Source of the DNA: Camelus dromedarius
Taxonomy: Eukaryota
Assembly: GCF_036321535.1 (NCBI RefSeq)
Contig: NC_087436.1
Location: 93,436,001-93,500,000 of the forward strand
Direction: 5' to 3'
DNA length: 64,000 nucleotides
The first letter of the stretch is position 1, and every line of letters begins with the position of its first letter. A program made the translations under genes and the position numbers. Shown piece after piece: positions 50,001-63,492 of this stretch. The notes beneath the pieces are model-generated. The model was not told where the DNA came from. It did not search any database and saw nothing but the letters and a program-made list of their open reading frames with translations.

Positions 50001-53000
50001 TATGATGATGGGGCAGAGAGCCAAGGAAACCTATCCTATTTGGTATTTGCAGTGTATTTTGCTTTTTTGTTTTTCTTTTTTGTATTTTGCTTTTAAGATG
50101 CTCACAAAACTCAGCCTCATTAACCTTTGAGGCAGGTGATGAGAAGCCAGAGTTATCAGCATTTAAATAAGTGATAATAAGTAGACAGTGAATCTACTGC
50201 TTCTGATCATAACCGGGCTCTGAGATTGCTGGGCCCCTGGTAGGAGTCGGGCAGTAACTCCCAACACCAGATGAGAGCTGGAAGAGAGGAGGCACACGGA
50301 GGGTGGAAGATCAAGTCATCACAATTTGACAAGAAGAAAGAAGCCCTGACGGGTTTGAAGGTATTAGAGGCCATTGCGTGTAGTTACAGGAGACATTTAT
50401 TTTCTACACAATCTTATTTCCATAATATTTGAATCTTAGCTAGTCTTCTAAGCATTGAACAAATGCTCAGACAGGCATCATTTTTATAATCAGGAAAAAA
50501 GTGACAGTGTATCATTGATTGGTATATAAAATGTGCAGGTTCATATGGACAATGATGGAAACAATGAATGGTTTGGAATTACGGATTAGAGTTTTTCTTC
50601 ATTGTTTGTTAATGATTTGATAGTGGTTATAAATAAAGCAAACCATTCTGTCCTTTGTCTCTTGGGGAAATCGTGCAAAATTTTGTCCGCTAGGTAATAA
50701 TAGGTTTTTGAAGTGTAACTCGACTGGAAAGTATGCTTCAGGAATGCTTGGAGTGGGAGGAAGCGTGGTTTTTTTTTTTTTTTTTTTTTTTTTCCTTTTC
50801 AAGTTGACTAAAAAGAATGCACTTTTGGAAGTGAGCTAGGAGAAGTGTGCTTTTAGAAGGATGAGGTTGAGGAGAACCTGCAGAACTCCAGAGAGTGATG
50901 GGGAATGCTGTTGTTGAAAAAAGAAGGCTTGGCATTACTAGTGGTGTGGAATGTAGCATTTCCCAAATCGCTGCCCTATGAATCAGATCTCAGCTTCTAC
51001 ACAATTTATAAGTAACTGAGTGTCTAATACACGCACATCACAGTGCTAGGACTGCTGTCTGTTGGTGATGTTTCCTCCATCCTTATCCAAGTGATAATGA
51101 TGACCATGTAGTGAATATTTCATAAGTGTGTTCCAATAAAAAGATGTGTTGTTTTCTCTGGGATTATACCATTCTGTTAGGGGGTAAGATTTCAGATATG
51201 AATTGATGGGAATATTTTTATTTGGCAGCTTAATGGTCCATGAAATTGATCAGTCTGGGAATCTGGGCCTGAGATGGAGAGAGCTCTACCCTCAGGATGA
51301 AGCTGAGTCGTGGAGACTGGGCCAGACTGGAGCTTGTGGGTGGGCTGATGGGGCCTCTGGGCCTTCCAGGAATGTCAAGTCACTGGAACAGACCCAAGGT
51401 CTCAGGAGCTGAGAAGCAGCTAATTTTGAAAGTGCTCTGGGAACCAGCAACTATTTTTGAATTATAGCCCAAGAATGACAAGGAAAGCATCAAGATGAAA
51501 GATGAGTTTCTGAGAGAGCAGAAAGGACAAGTGACTGAAATGTCAATTTTAGCAAGCAGGGCCTCAAAATGACAGATCTTGGTGTTTGTTTCATTGCGTG
51601 CAGGCCTCTTTCTGCCAAAATAGCACGCTTTAGCAATTCAGGGTTGGTGATTCTAGGAAATGCTGATGGAGTTAAAGCCACAGAACTAAGATTTGTGTTA
51701 TAGCCAGTTTGGTTTGGACCTCTGCTGTATCATGCCCTCCAGGATGGGCCTTGATAAAGCACTAGAGGAAGTTTATGAATAATTTACTCATGGAATTCGT
51801 ATTATTCACCTTTAGTCTGAGTTGCTGTTAGGGGGTGGGGGGTGAGTAAAACAAAACAAAACAAAACAAAACAAAACCAAAAACCCTGCAAATTATTTCT
51901 GGGTTTTAAAGAGTAGCTTAAGGAAATAGGTAGTAATGTATTTTCAGATAATACTTTAAATATCTGTGCTTAGTACTATTTGGATCTCATTGGTCATAAT
52001 AATAATGTATGATTAATATTGTGGAACTCTTACTTTGTGCTAGAGCTTTGTAGCTTTTACCCTATTTAATTCTTACAAACCACTGTGGTGCTGTTCCCAT
52101 TTTACAGATAAGGAAACTGAAGTCCTTTTCACTAAAGGCTACACAGTGAACACTGATGCTTGACCTGGAACTGTAATCAATACAGAGGAGTCCATGAGTT
52201 GTTGAGGAACTGACAGGGAGAAGTAACATATATTAATTAAGGGCAAGCTCTGCCTGCTGCTGTAGAGGGAACATTTCACTTAGTCTTTTGGGGTACCTCC
52301 TTTCTTCTCCTTTTATAGGTGAGGAAACTATGGTTCAGAAACATTAAAGGACTTGCCCAGGCTCTAAACAAAGCCTGTATTCTTCTTCTTCACATCACAG
52401 CATGAAACTTTCCTAAATTCAGCCTTTGGGGAAAAAGGTGAAATTTTCATCTTTCCTCCATTTTCAAAATGGACATTAATCTAAATCTGCATACTGAGTG
52501 GTGGAGCTGTTGCCTCTCGGTTATGGCTCCAATGTGCATTTCTTTCCTCTGAACACAAATTGAGTAGTAGGAAAATCCAGATATAATTTCTAAATATGTT
52601 TGAAACTAAGGGTGGCTGTGTTGAATCTTTCTGGGCAGATGCCAGTCTAGGATATTTCTGCTATAAATAAAATGCACCAGAATCTGATTGGTTGTCACAT
52701 GCCAATCAGGAGGCAGCACTGGGGTGACAGAGGCCTCTGGTGACTGGAGAAAGTTGATGTGAGGATTTCAGAGCTTCTCCAGCAGCCCTGAGGCCGACTT
52801 GAGGCTTCTGGCTACTCGAGTGATGGGTCTGGAGTGAGGGTGGTGGGTGCCTCTTCCTGGGAGCATTCTGCATGCTCCTGGTTAATGGCTCTGTTCTTAC
52901 CTTCTGATCTTCATTTGGTTTCCCAAGTAGACCTTTGTCCTGGGCAAGAGTCAGTCAGCACACCCGCCACACTGAGGATCTCGATTTGCTGGGCAGTACT

Positions 53001-53644
53001 GTGTGTCAGTGGAAGTTATGAATAAATAGAATTTCCTTAGCATGAGTTAGGTTTCTTGAGCTGATTCACTATTGGGTGAATGAATATAATTGGAATTTCT
53101 GAGCAGGGCTGAAGCATGGTCTGGACTCACAGTGAGCTTCAGAGGGGTATAGATACTTCAGGAAACACTGATTCAACCTCAGATTCTGACCAGAGGCTCT
53201 TATCCTCCCCGCTAACCAAGCTTTATTTATTGATAGCTTTTCCAGATCACTAGTGAAGACAGACATGCATTCAGTTGGGGTCGCCCAGAAAGCTTGGCTT
53301 CATTTGCCCATGCCTTTGTTCAGCAAATGGTTCCTGAGCAATGCTTTGTGCCAGGTACGGTGTGAAGTTCAGGAAGATGGAGAGGAGTGTACCAGAGCAT
53401 CTTCATCAGGTGCTGCAGTAGGGGCACGCGGGTGAGGCTCTGAGGGGATGGAGAGTCGGGAGCCGTACAGAACAGGAGTGGTGGCAAAGGACTGCTGTAA
53501 GCCCCACTGCAGAAAACCCTTCAGCTGTCTCCTTTTCCATGTTTCTCTGACTCAGTGGAACTGGTGTAGCCTGCCATCCGACACCTAGGATTTGCTGCTG
53601 CTTCTAGAAAGGACCTAGAGATTTGGCCTTGAAATGTCTATGGC

Positions 53645-53790
53645 TGTGGTTCTCAGAGGGGGCAGTTTTGCCCCCCACCCCGGGAACACTTGGCAATACT
53701 CTCTGGAGACATTTTTGATTGCCATCATGGTGGCATCAAGTGGGTGGGGGCCAAGGATGCTGCTAACTCGTCCAAGCGCAGGACGGGCCT
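53645..53790. mobile_element. MER20 fragment
   Basis: gtggttctcagagggggcagttttgccccc...ctggagacatttttgattgcca...ggcatcaagtgggt...ggatgctgctaa. Confidence 0.8.
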
Positions 53791-55199
53791 AGGGGGTACC
53801 TAGAGGTTCGGTGGTCACAAGCCAGACTCTCAGGATTCCAGTACTGCTCTGCAATTCCATAGCCACGTGGTCGTGGATGTCACAGTTACATTTGGGCAAC
53901 AGAATTACACGGCCCAAGTTTCCTCACAGTGTGGTTGTTATGAGGATTTCATGGGTGAATGAATGATAAGGGCTCACAGCAAAACTTGGCATAAGGTAAG
54001 ACCTTAACAGTTATTATTATTTTTAGTTTCAAGCAAAAACTTTAGCTTTTGACTCTGAAGAGCTGGAATTTAGTTTGGAGAATCCAGGATAGCCGAGCAA
54101 ACCTGTGGCACCACCTCTCAGTTTGCTTTGCTGTAAGAATTGCGCATTGTTTTTGTTTCTCTGGTTCCTTTTTGTCCATGGCCTTTATTTCCCACTGTTT
54201 CCATCTCTTGATTCTAGGACTTTTGATAGCTTTGCCTTTCATCCTTTTTTTTCCCCCCAGGGATCCAAATTTATGCCTTTAATGAACCTTCCCCCTAGAG
54301 GACTGGGAAATATATTTATGATTTTCCTTAGCTCTGTCTATTTTGGGAATGGTGAGAAGACGGGAAGCAGGTCAGGGGAGACGTTGCATTACTTCCTGAT
54401 CATCACAGCTCCCTTCTCTATAAAACTCCGTGCAGGGTTGAGAGGCAGGTGGTACTGCCTGCTGAGTAACTCTTCCCTCTGCGCCCACCAACTCCACCCC
54501 CAAGTTAGGTGCCTGCTGTTTCCAAAATACCCTGTAATTAGGTCACAACATTATCTGCCTGTTTGAAATCATTTCTAAAAATCAAAGCAAAGACTCTGAC
54601 TGTCTCAGTGGGATTTGCAATGTCTCTGTCCTCTACTTAGGGGCTTTGCAGAGTTGTTCTGAAAACAAAAGGAAGCAAACTTGTTATCTCAATTAGGTGG
54701 CAGTCTCTAGGCAGTCTGTGGCCTAGAACTGTGTTGTATTTTCACTTGCAAATATGCTCAAACCATGATCCTTTCTGACTTTCGGCAAGGAGACGAGCTT
54801 GTGGACTCCACTCTACTCAACAGATCAGATTTACTTTTGAATTTTCATAACATGATTTACTTTTAAATGTTTTTTTTTTCATTTGGTGTTTTGAATGGTA
54901 TTAGCAGACTAGAGAAAAATTAAATTCAGTTGATAATAGCTATCTAATTCTTTCCCCACGACACAGTCCTCTCTCCCCCGAATGAGAGCAGTGGCCTCTC
55001 CGTGGCCTCCTGGCTTGTCCAGCTCCATTCATTCAGTTTGGCTTCCCAGGCTCTGGGCGCTGTACCAAAGGATGTACGTGGAAACTGACCAGGACAGCCA
55101 CTGCCTCTGCCTGCTCGACGCTGTCGGTCTGTAGGGAAAGACTGAAGCTAAACAACTAACTACGGTAAATGTGATGTGTACTACCGGAAGCATTCATTG

Positions 55200-56150
55200 C
55201 TTCCCAGACCAGCACCTGCCCTGGCTGGGTGTGGGGTGTGCGTCAGGCAAGGCTTCCCAGGAGAAGGGATGCTCAGTCTGTCCCACTGCACCCCTGGTGC
55301 CTCCGTCTCTACAGCTGCCTGGGACGCCCTGACTGCCAGCCATTTCTGATAGGGTGCCTCCACTTTCCTTCCCATCATATCGCCTCTCACCTAGGAGTCT
55401 GCAGCTCCTTCTTCGTGGCCTCTCCTTGTTCTCAACACTGCCTCCGAGGTGATCTTTTGAAATGTAGGGGTCTGGGCACGTCCCAACCCTCAGGGCTCCT
55501 TGCTGCCCTCTGGAGGAGCTCAGCTCCTTGGCGCTGCACCTGACCCCTTTCATGATCTGCTGAGCTCTCTGTCTTGTGCTGAGCTCCAGCCTCACTGTTC
55601 TTACAAGGTGCCAGGTTTTCTTGGGCCTTTTATCCTGTTCCCCTTGCCTGCAACCATTCTTACCATCTGCCTCTTCTTTACCTGCTTGACTTTTTTGCTC
55701 CTCCTTCAGGAAGTAGCTTAATCATCATCCACCTCAGTGTGTGTCAGGATGACCCGAGGGCTTATTAAAACACACATTGCTGGCCCCACCCCAGAGTTTC
55801 TGATCCCACAGGTCTTTGGTGTGGCCTGATGCAAGTTTGCACTTCTAACAACTTCCCAGGTGATTTTGATGCTGCTGGTCTGGGGACCTCACTTGGAAGA
55901 CCACTGGGGTACATAGTCACCCGGGACAGGGTGACTGGCTCGTCTCGCTCCCCCAGTAGACTCCTTACGCCCACTTACAGCCCGCCTTTGTTGTCACACA
56001 GGGTTGTAACCATTTACTTCCCTGGCTCCCCTCCTCAGCTGCTAAGTTCTCGAGGGATATACTGTGACTTCCTGATCGTTGTGTTCCCAGTGCTTAGGAA
56101 GTCCTGGGTGCTTGATAAACATTTGTCAAAGAATGAGTATATGAATGGAA
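55200..56150 (+). mobile_element. L2 3' region with a nested MER5A (about 55731-55905)
   Basis: L2-like ...gatcttttgaaatg... and 3' end tgcttgataaacatttgtcaaagaatgag. MER5A-like cacattgctggccccaccccagagtttctga...gatgctgctggtctggggacc. Confidence 0.65.
55503..55516 (-). promoter_or_regulatory. Candidate CTCF motif
   Basis: Minus-strand CCTCCAGAGGGCAG has one mismatch to CCASYAGRKGGCRS. Confidence 0.35.
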
Positions 56151-56857
56151 AAGAATTTTATCATTGGAGGCTTTGATAAATATGCCCCAGGATATTTTCA
56201 GCATCTAGTTTTCCTGAGAGTTTATCCCCGATTATGATGATGTTAATGGGTTGGTATGAGTTAATGTAAGAGCTGGTTAACTTTGTGGTTTTATGTTCAA
56301 ATTCTAGAGAAGTCTAAGGGAGGGGCTCACTTTAAACCCATTATTGTTTCCGGAAGGACTCAGAAATACATAGTCTTCTTATAGTGGCTCAGTATGAAAA
56401 TATGTGTCCACAGGAAATGCAGATGTCATTTAATTTAGCAACCACAGCATAAGCATGGCCTCTTTATTTGAAATAATAAATCATATTGAACCCAAATTAA
56501 ATATAAACAGATGTGTAAGTAATCATTTCTCCAAACCAGAGGGAGGGATAGCCAGAATACCTCATTTACTTACTCATTCTGCAAAAGTTTATTAAGCTCT
56601 TACTATGTGCCAGTGGGCCCTGAGGGTATGGCACTGAGTACCACGCTCTGCTGTCTTCGTGCGAGAGGTTATGAAGAACATGGAGACGGGGATGTGATGC
56701 AAAGTGCCTAGCAGGTATTTGGTCCTAGTAGGTGACTACTGAGCTGTTTCCTGAGTGGCAGTAATTGGTGGCCATGTCGAGATCATGACATGGAGAGGAG
56801 CAATTTCAGGCCAAGAGAATGGTGCAGGGCCTCACTTCAAAGCATCTCTTTGAAGGC

Positions 56858-57076
56858 AGGGATAAAGTAGGAGTTTGCGATTCACAGATACACACTACTA
56901 CATATAAAATAGATAACAGAGACCTACTGTATTACACAGGGAACCGTATTCAGTATCTTGTAATAACCTATGATGGAAAAAGAATACATGTATGTATGTA
57001 TGTATAACTGAATCACTTTGCTGTGCACCTGAGACTAACACAACATTGTAGATCGACTATACTTCAATTAAAAAAC
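56858..57076 (+). mobile_element. L1 3' end fragment
   Basis: gggataaagtaggagtttg...acctactgtattacacagggaac...gactatacttcaattaaaaaa. Confidence 0.8.
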
Positions 57077-58001
57077 AAGGATAGTCAAGGAATACATTAG
57101 AAAAAAATCTTTTCAAGGAGCCCTGATGTTCCTGTAGTCCCAAAAACTGGATTGATGTCGCCTTGTTATTGTGCCTGCTCTTCTAGGCCTCGGCTTCTAA
57201 CCTTCCTCCCATGTCCTCGAAAGCACTGTTCCCCAAAGTGATTGGAAACTCAAGTGATTGGGAATACATTGTGAATAAAGGTTTCTGCCGTTAAATTCAG
57301 AAAGCTGCATCTACCCACTCTCCCCAGCAACATATTCAAGACGTCCTGCTGGAAAGAGGCTGATTAACTTCATTTAATCTAGCATTGGCCTGTGGGTCCA
57401 TTTTGCTCAGTTTCTTCTGAACTAGTGTTTCTCCGTGCGCGCCGTGGACAGCCAACTGTAAAGGTCCTGCTTTGCGTGCACCTAGAAGAACAACTCACGT
57501 GAGGCAGACTGCTCTTTGTTCACCCCCCAGCAGCTTTCTCATCTTTGTAGAGGCCGTAGCATCTTTGGTGGGGACAGGATTTCTCATACTGGTTTTGCTC
57601 ATGCCTCGTGCTCAGTTGAACAGTGCCACAACTTGAGGCCAGAGATCAATTGTGTTTAGAGCCCGAGAGGTCATTGCTCATTCAGTGCATTCAGGGGAGG
57701 AGCTGGCTATAATGCCCTCGAGACTCAAGCCATTTCTGCACTGCTTTTGCCTCAGTGAGTGAATGGAGAGTGGTTTTTGACCTGAATTGTTCAAATTATG
57801 ACTGCATTCTGTCTTCTTTTGGGTATCTAAACAGTGCCTAGGAGGTCAGCTGACTCTAGGTGGAAGGCGGGAGAGAGGAGTGACCTGCTGGAGTGGCTGA
57901 GGGTGAGCATTAGGGACGAGAAAAATAAACCTGGGGGTCAGGCTTGGTTAACACTGGACTGGGGTTTTCCTGACATTTTAGACTCTGAATCCCAATGTAA
58001 A

Positions 58002-58003
<2 letters not shown>

Positions 58004-58045
<42 letters not shown>
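58004..58045. repeat. (AC)n microsatellite
   Basis: Direct reading. Confidence 0.95.
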
Positions 58046-58050
<5 letters not shown>

Positions 58051-59467
58051 TTGGCTTTTAGATTTCCTTTGTGTTGAGATGTGTTTAGTTTTGGTTCTTC
58101 CTGAAGTCAGAGCAGGTGGGCTAGGTCTGTATCTTTGAAGAGTCTTATTCTCTGACCAGTCTGGTTCTTGTTTGGCACAGAGCCAGGAAAGGGTCTAGGT
58201 GGGGTGAGCTCACTGAAAATTTTCATTTGAGGAAGAGCCTGGGATGAGTCTTTTTGAGAGAATATTTATGTGGGTAGAATAATCAGAGTAAAAGGGTGTT
58301 TGGTTCAGTTGTCAGGGATGGGAAGAAGCTCCTCTCCTGTGCTGCTGATTTTTTGTGCTTGGGGCAGTTTCTAGAAAGTTGAAGCAGCACTTCACTAAAC
58401 AGAGGGTTAAAAGAAGCTGCAGATGTAGATGGAACAGCCCCCTAAACCCTCCACCCAGGGAAGAGCCAGGAGTGGAGCACTGGGGAGAATTAGGGCTTGG
58501 AGTCCCTTGGGGGTTCCTTCTGGTTCTGGGAACTTACACTTTGAATTTGCAGTGATTAGTCTTTTTTGGTCCCCCTTGTCAGTGTCCTCTTTTCATGGCA
58601 TCGGCACTTTCCCTGAATGAGACAGGAGATTTAACGTGAAAGCAGATAAGTTGGATACCACGAATGTGGTCAGGACTTCCATGTCTTCAACCGTCTATTA
58701 CCTCGAAATTCAGGGGTGAAAGTCTCCGGCATTCGAATTAAATATATTCCCATGATTTGAGCAGAAAGTGTATGAGCAGCGGTGCAACAGAAGTAACGCT
58801 CCCCGCTCTTATTCATGAGACTATGCAACTGGGTCAGTGTCGTTTTCTAAAAATGTCTCTTTTTCCAGGACTTGGGGTTATTTGTGCTAAAATAAATAAA
58901 GGAAGTCTTGCATTCCATCAACTTATGTATAATGGTCTCCCGATCAAAGTCATCTCCTGCTGACTCGAGTTTTATTTTAGCTTAAATCATTTTCCTTTAC
59001 TGGTATTAGATCCTGCTGTTATGTGTATATTTTACAAGCTCCAAGTAGAAACAAGAAACAAAAATAAGATGTGGCGTTTTATTGAATTTTATCTTTTCCA
59101 CCCTTTTGTTCTGAGAACGTGTGGCTTACAAGAGAAGCCAATAAAAATAGACAACTGGGGAGAGTGTTGATTTTTGGCATTATTAGCTTTATTTCTTGTA
59201 AAGAAAATGGGATTTTCATTAGATGCTGTTGTGTGGTTTTCCACTGAGAATAGTGGGATGGATGGCCACAGTCATAGACGATATACATTTTTGCTTAACA
59301 TTTAAATGATTGTTGTATGAATGTTTGTAAAGGTGTTACTTTCTGCAGCACCAACAATTCAACAGTGTGGTACCATTTTGCCGAAAAAAATTTCCTTGTA
59401 TTAGAGTGAAACTTAAGGCAATTTAAACTTACTTCTATCATAGGAGAGCTCGGTGGATACAAGTTTT

Positions 59468-59499
59468 TTTTGGGGGGGTGGTTGGGGAGGTAATTAGGT

Positions 59500-59552
<53 letters not shown>

Positions 59553-59669
59553 ATCTATTTATTTATTTATTTATTTATTTATTTTTTGGAGGAGGTGCTG
59601 GGGATTGAACCCAGGACCTCATGCATGCTAAGCATGCACTCCACCACTTGAGCTATACCCTCCCCCACT
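59468..59669 (-). mobile_element. tRNA-Ala-derived SINE (Vic-1-like) with an internal (ATCT)n/(ATTT)n expansion
   Basis: Body gggattgaacccagg...gagctataccctccccca. TSD ggtggatac(a/t)agtttt at 59452-59467 and 59670-59685. Confidence 0.9.
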
Positions 59670-60064
59670 GGTGGATACTAGTTTTCATGAAAGCACATTT
59701 ACTTTTCCTTAGTGTTGACCTTGAAAGTTAACTTCTGAAATACTTGCAGATATATCGTTTTGATAGATGGTTTAGCTAAAAGAAGAGGGTGCCCAACGTG
59801 CACTGCAGTTATAAAGTTTTGTTTGCATAAAGCAAAAGATGATGAGAGAATGGGTAGAAATGAACAAACATTTCATGGTGATGTTGTGGGTGACTTTGTT
59901 GGCTTTCTCTCTCTTCTTCCCCAGCCATCCTCAGTGTTTTTATATCCTTTTAGCAGTGAGAAAAAGGGAAAATCGTAATTCTTCTGTATTCATTTTTAAT
60001 TCATCTAAAGGATATGCATTTCAGGGGTGTTTCTTCGAGGAGACTAACTGGGAACAGAGAGAAC

Positions 60065-60380
60065 TGCTTGCTATGCTTAGTGACACAAGCCAGTCACCAA
60101 AGGGAAAGTATTGTATGAAGGTACTTAGCTGTGATGCCTGGAGAAGACAGAGTCATAGAGACAGAGAGTGGAAGGGTGGCTGCCAGGGTCTGGAGGGAAG
60201 AGGTGGTGGGGAGTTAGTGTTTAATGGGTCCAGAGTGTCAGGTGGGGAAGATGAAAAAGTTCTGGAGATGGATGGTGGTAATGGTTACACAACAGTGTGA
60301 ATGAATTTAATTCCACATAACTATACACTTAAAAATGCCTAAAATGATAAATTTTGTTATGTATATCTTACCACAAAAAA
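60065..60380 (+). mobile_element. Old L1 (L1MB-like) 3' UTR
   Basis: aagccagtcacca...ggttacacaacagtgtgaatg...ctatacacttaaaaatg. Confidence 0.8.
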
Positions 60381-63300
60381 CCCAAAAGTTTAACAACAAC
60401 AAAAATCAATAAATTAAAAAACAAAAAACAAAAAACAAAAAACAAAAAACAAAACCAGTCCTGGGTCTTCACCAGCCCAGGTACTGTGACTCAAGGAGTC
60501 TCGACTGATTGTCATTTGGAACCTGGAGGAGGAATTAATTTGCTTTGGATTGAAGCACCTCAGGGCCTGTCCTAACCTCTGTGCAATCTGCCACCGGGGC
60601 TGAGGCTCTAAGGGACGGGAGGGCAAGGACCCCAGGAGCTGGGGAAGGTGGAGGTGCCACTCACCTGAACCTGACCCTGAAAGCTTTCAAAAGCTTTCTT
60701 TAGTGTGGAACTAACACTGACCCAGATGCAAATTGTGAACTGGGTATGCTCTATGTGGGCCATGTTTTTGACTGTGTGTGTTACTGACTTCTACTTGGGG
60801 ATGAAGTGATTTGGTAAAAATTAATCTTCATTGGGATGTCCTCAAAAACCGTGGCACCTTTCACATTTATACTGCTGAGTGTGCCCTTATAGCCAAATGA
60901 CCAGGTGGCAGAACCCTTCTTTTGCTTGTCTGTGTTGTTCTAAAGAGAGCATAGACTTTAGATCTGGACAGAATCCACTTCCAATTTGGGCCCTGCCCTG
61001 GAATAGGTGGGTAAAAGCAGGTACCCTGCTGGAGCCACAGTTTCTCCATCTATAGAATATCTAGAATGAATGATACCTACCTGGGTGGGTGGGGGTTTTC
61101 TGTGATAATGTGAAAATGTGTGCTATAAAGTGAACAAGATACTTACTTTCTTGATTTCCTGTTGTAGAAATGATCAGTAGGTTGACCAGACATTCTAGAT
61201 TAACTCCACATATTTTACTGTGCTATGGAAGATGGTCCTTGATCAAAAACTTACATACTATTTAGGATTAAAATATTTAAAAAGTTAATTCTTTAAAAAA
61301 AAAAAAGGCTGATGGGGAGACATTTGTTATTGGTAATAGGTTTTTAATGCTTTATATTCAACTCCATGGTCTTGGTGATATTTGTTACCTCACTCCTCCC
61401 CTTTTAGTGTCTTCAGAGAACGTGGTGGCAGTTCCTCAGTGTGTTTGATGCCTCATATTGTAGTTGGATAGGTTTGGAAGACCTACGGTTTGGGATTTGA
61501 TCCTGGATCAGTGTCTTATCAGTAGAAGTGACCTACTTTTTCTCACCTGAAGGAGGACCTAGAGAAATGATAAGGCTTCATGTTTATTGAGCACTTACTG
61601 TGACACAACAGTCACTGTGATGAACGCGTTACATGGAATCACTGGGCGCCTCACCTGTATGAGATAACTGTTGCAGTTATCTGCAAAGACAGGTGGGGAA
61701 GCCAGGTTGTCCAAGGGCACCCAGCTCGAACAGGTGGTAGGCTGACGGTAGATTATGAGGACAGAACTTGGCTCGGTAAATGTGAATGCAGGTGCTTGAG
61801 TGCATACACACAACCTTAAATCAATATTTCCCTGAGACTACAAGAGCTACCGGATAGCAAAAGCAGGAATTTCCCAAGAAGAGAGAGTCTAAGGACCAAC
61901 CAGCATGAGAAAGCTCATGTCAGAGACACCAACTGCATTGGTTGTAATTGTAGCTGCTTTGCATTTTTTTCTAACTGCTGTTTAAACAAAGACAATGTCT
62001 ACACCCTGTAGGGTGATATATACTTTTAAAGGATGTAACTGGGATTGTGATTTTTTCTTTAGGAAAAAAAAAATCAGTTATTTCTCTAATCACTGAGCAT
62101 TCTGTCCTGCGAATGCCCTCAGTGTAATTAGGAAGGATAAGCTCCAGCCGCCAGGGGTGAGCGACTGGCGGTCTCGAAATGTTCTGTAAATATATTAGTC
62201 TGAAAATTGCATTTTAATGTGGTGTACTAGCAAAATTGAATTTTACTTGCTAAATTATTCCCTGTTAATAGTGGTCTTTTCCTACAGGAAGTCTGTTACT
62301 TTATTTTAAAAATAGGTCATTTGTTTCTTCCAAAATAATTGAACCATCCTTTAGAATAAGCCGTTACTACTTCCATTTCTGTTTGAATCAAGACAATGAT
62401 GGAATACAAGAAAGTAATGGAATTTCAGGTCCAGAATTTGATTTTGGGAATTACCATTTTCCCTACGAAATTTGCTTGGACTAGCTTTGGTATACTGTGC
62501 ATCCTGACTTAAATGCTGTATTTTGATATTTAAAATGAGTTAAGGCAACTTTGTGGTCCTTTTTTGCCATCTAGGTGAGATGTATTCATGTAATTAGTTA
62601 TCAATGATGTCATCTAAGAAAAACATTTCAAAGAATAATTGTTGAGTAGTGAGTTGGTTAATAATTACTTATGCTTGAAAATTTCCCTAAGTCTATTTAA
62701 AGGGCCAAATTCTGAATTAGCCTGTTTTGGAAATTTCTGGTTGTTTCCTTAGCACACAGAGAAAGTCAGGTTTCCAGTGTGTGGCAAATGTGTTTCACAT
62801 GATTAACAGCTGAACAAAGCATAGTTGGTGTAGGGTGAACCCACAAGTCTGACGGAAGACTCTGGAAGGATAGGGAAGCTATCAATGGGAGAAACTTGAA
62901 ACACATGTGTTTACTTGCATAGCTGTGTACTTCATTTACATGTTTCCTTGAGGGCTGATTTTTGTTAATAAAAATTTTCAGGCTGCATGTAATCTTAATC
63001 TGTTAGCTATAAACCCCAAAGAATCAAAAGAAATGGACACTTCTATTAATTTTAAAAGAAAATATCAAATGATTATAGGTCACTGTTATAGAATATTGTT
63101 GAATTACTGTTCATTGGTCAGAACTCGAAAGTATTGCCTTAATGGAAGAAATGGAGGTGTATGCTTAATTAAAAGAGTGGGAAGGTAAGCAGATTATAAG
63201 TATTTTATTTTGAATTTTTCTGGTATGCTGCTGGCTTCCATTCTAGGGAAATACATGCTTTTTTTAATGATAAACAAAGCTTCTCATTTACTTAAAATAT

Positions 63301-63492
63301 GTTTATATTTTGATTGTGTTCTGTTTACCTTGTATGTAAAGAAACCCTTGAATCTCAAACATCTTACCACCACTCTGTATTCAGAGGAGTGATTTGAGAA
63401 CAAGCAAATCTTGCACCAATCAAGAGGATTAACTAGTTAGAAAAACTGAGTCATTTTTCTGCATCTCTGGAGTCAGTTGCATATCAGGTATC

